A DNA stretch of 64,000 bases from an uncultured delta proteobacterium (GTDB lineage: Bacteria; Myxococcota_A; Polyangia; Polyangiales; Polyangiaceae), in NCBI GenBank assembly GCA_963850305.1, contig CAWKKR010000008.1:1568001-1632000 (forward strand), given 5' to 3'. A program made the translations under genes and the position numbers. Positions 63,093 to 64,000 of the stretch are shown here, one piece after another (position 1 is the stretch's first letter; each line of letters begins with the position of its first letter). The notes under the pieces are model-generated. The model saw only the letters and a program-made list of their open reading frames with translations. It did not search any database and was not told the DNA's origin.

Positions 63093-63662
63093 TCACGTCG
63101 CCACGTCGGCCCAGAGAGTCGACAGATCGATTTCGATCGCGTCGAACGGAACGGCGCGAACCCTGGCATCGTCCCGGAAAGCGACGACGCGCGCCCACCC
63201 GTCCGGGCCGAGCCGCAAGACTTCGAGGAGCTTCTGATCGGGGTTCACCAGCCACACGAACGAGACCGCCTCGCGCGCGTAGACGCCGAGCTTGTCGGTC
63301 CGATCGCTCTTCTCCGTCGACGCCGACAGCACCTCGCAGACCCAATCTGGCGCGAGCGTGAGATACGGTTCGCGTGGAACCTCCGCCAGCCGGCTCCGGC
63401 GCCAGCCGCCGAGGTCGGGTACGAGAATGTCGGCTCCCAGATGCAGCTCTGGTCCGTCCAGGATGATCCATCCACCCGGACCGCCGCGGCCGCGCTTGAA
63501 GGGAGGCCCGAGCTCTTCTCCGAGTGCGCTTGCGGCGGCGGCATGCGCCAGCGCCGGACGGGGGCTGAGGCGCAGCTCGCCGTTCACGATCTCCGCGACA
63601 AGGTGGCGAGGCGTCGCAAGGACGTCAGCGTAGGTCGCGATGTGTCGAGCTGGCCGGGACAC
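63093..63662 (-). CDS. Uma2/DUF820-family putative endonuclease, copy 3
   Basis: IATYADV, AEIVNGEL, GGPGGWIIL, PDLGGW, PDWVCEVLS, DKLGVYA, WLVNP. Confidence 0.9.
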   Translation of the reverse strand: MSRPARHIATYADVLATPRHLVAEIVNGELRLSPRPALAHAAAASALGEELGPPFKRGRGGPGGWIILDGPELHLGADILVPDLGGWRRSRLAEVPREPYLTLAPDWVCEVLSASTEKSDRTDKLGVYAREAVSFVWLVNPDQKLLEVLRLGPDGWARVVAFRDDARVRAVPFDAIEIDLSTLWADVAT

Positions 63663-64000
63663 CCTGCGAACATTAGCGCGAAGCGGCGGCGGCCAAGGAA
63701 GCCAAAGGCCGGGCCGGGACGCGACATAACGCCCGAACCGCGAAACAGCCGCTATTCTCGTTCGGCGACTGGAGCGCCCCCAAGCGGATAAAGATGGGGG
63801 CGCACCGGAGGGACGAGCGCGTCGGGAGGGGTTGCCGGCGCCGGGCCAGGTTGCTGGCCCCGGGACGAAGGTGCAGCCGCGCCTGCGCATCGGGGTGACG
63901 GGCGCGGCGGGAACGACCAGCGGCCGCCAGCGCTTTCAGGTGAAGCTGGTCGCGGCAGAGCCTCGCCCAAGTTCGCCGCTTCGCGGCGAGGATGCTACCG

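Overview
High-GC bacterial DNA, most likely Myxococcota (Polyangiales-like), judged from a RomR-like regulator beside valS, a MYXO-CTERM-like protein and a PP2C phosphatase. Bases 1-45,000 are mostly core genes: signalling, rpiA, an Omp85 protein, an ABC exporter pair, cobA/hemD, a membrane glycosyltransferase, valS, hrcA, skp-lpxD-fabZ-lpxA, leuABCD/ilvB and folB. This part also holds one orphan NRPS-like gene (formyltransferase, adenylation domain interrupted by a luciferase-like monooxygenase and a methyltransferase, carrier domain) and a family of REP/REPIN-like palindromic repeats. From about 45,000 onward is an accessory defence island: a basic hypothetical protein next to a 21-bp-period tandem array, a WYL regulator, a type I-G (I-U) CRISPR-Cas system (cas3, cas8g2, cas7/csb1, cas5-6/csb2, cas4-cas1, cas2, 14-spacer array), three Uma2/DUF820 paralogues, MNT/HEPN and other toxin-antitoxin remnants, and a tyrosine recombinase just after the truncated last repeat. 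The strongest finding is a one-spacer mini-array upstream of cas3 (degenerate repeat, 35-nt spacer, near-perfect repeat). Its first 22 nt match 20/22 a site with a TTT PAM just downstream of a sigma70-like promoter facing the cas operon, which suggests a CreR/CreA-like RNA-guided autorepression circuit in a type I-G system. Many genes, including essential valS, carry frameshifts that are probably assembly indel errors. All coordinates were counted by hand and no database searches were run.
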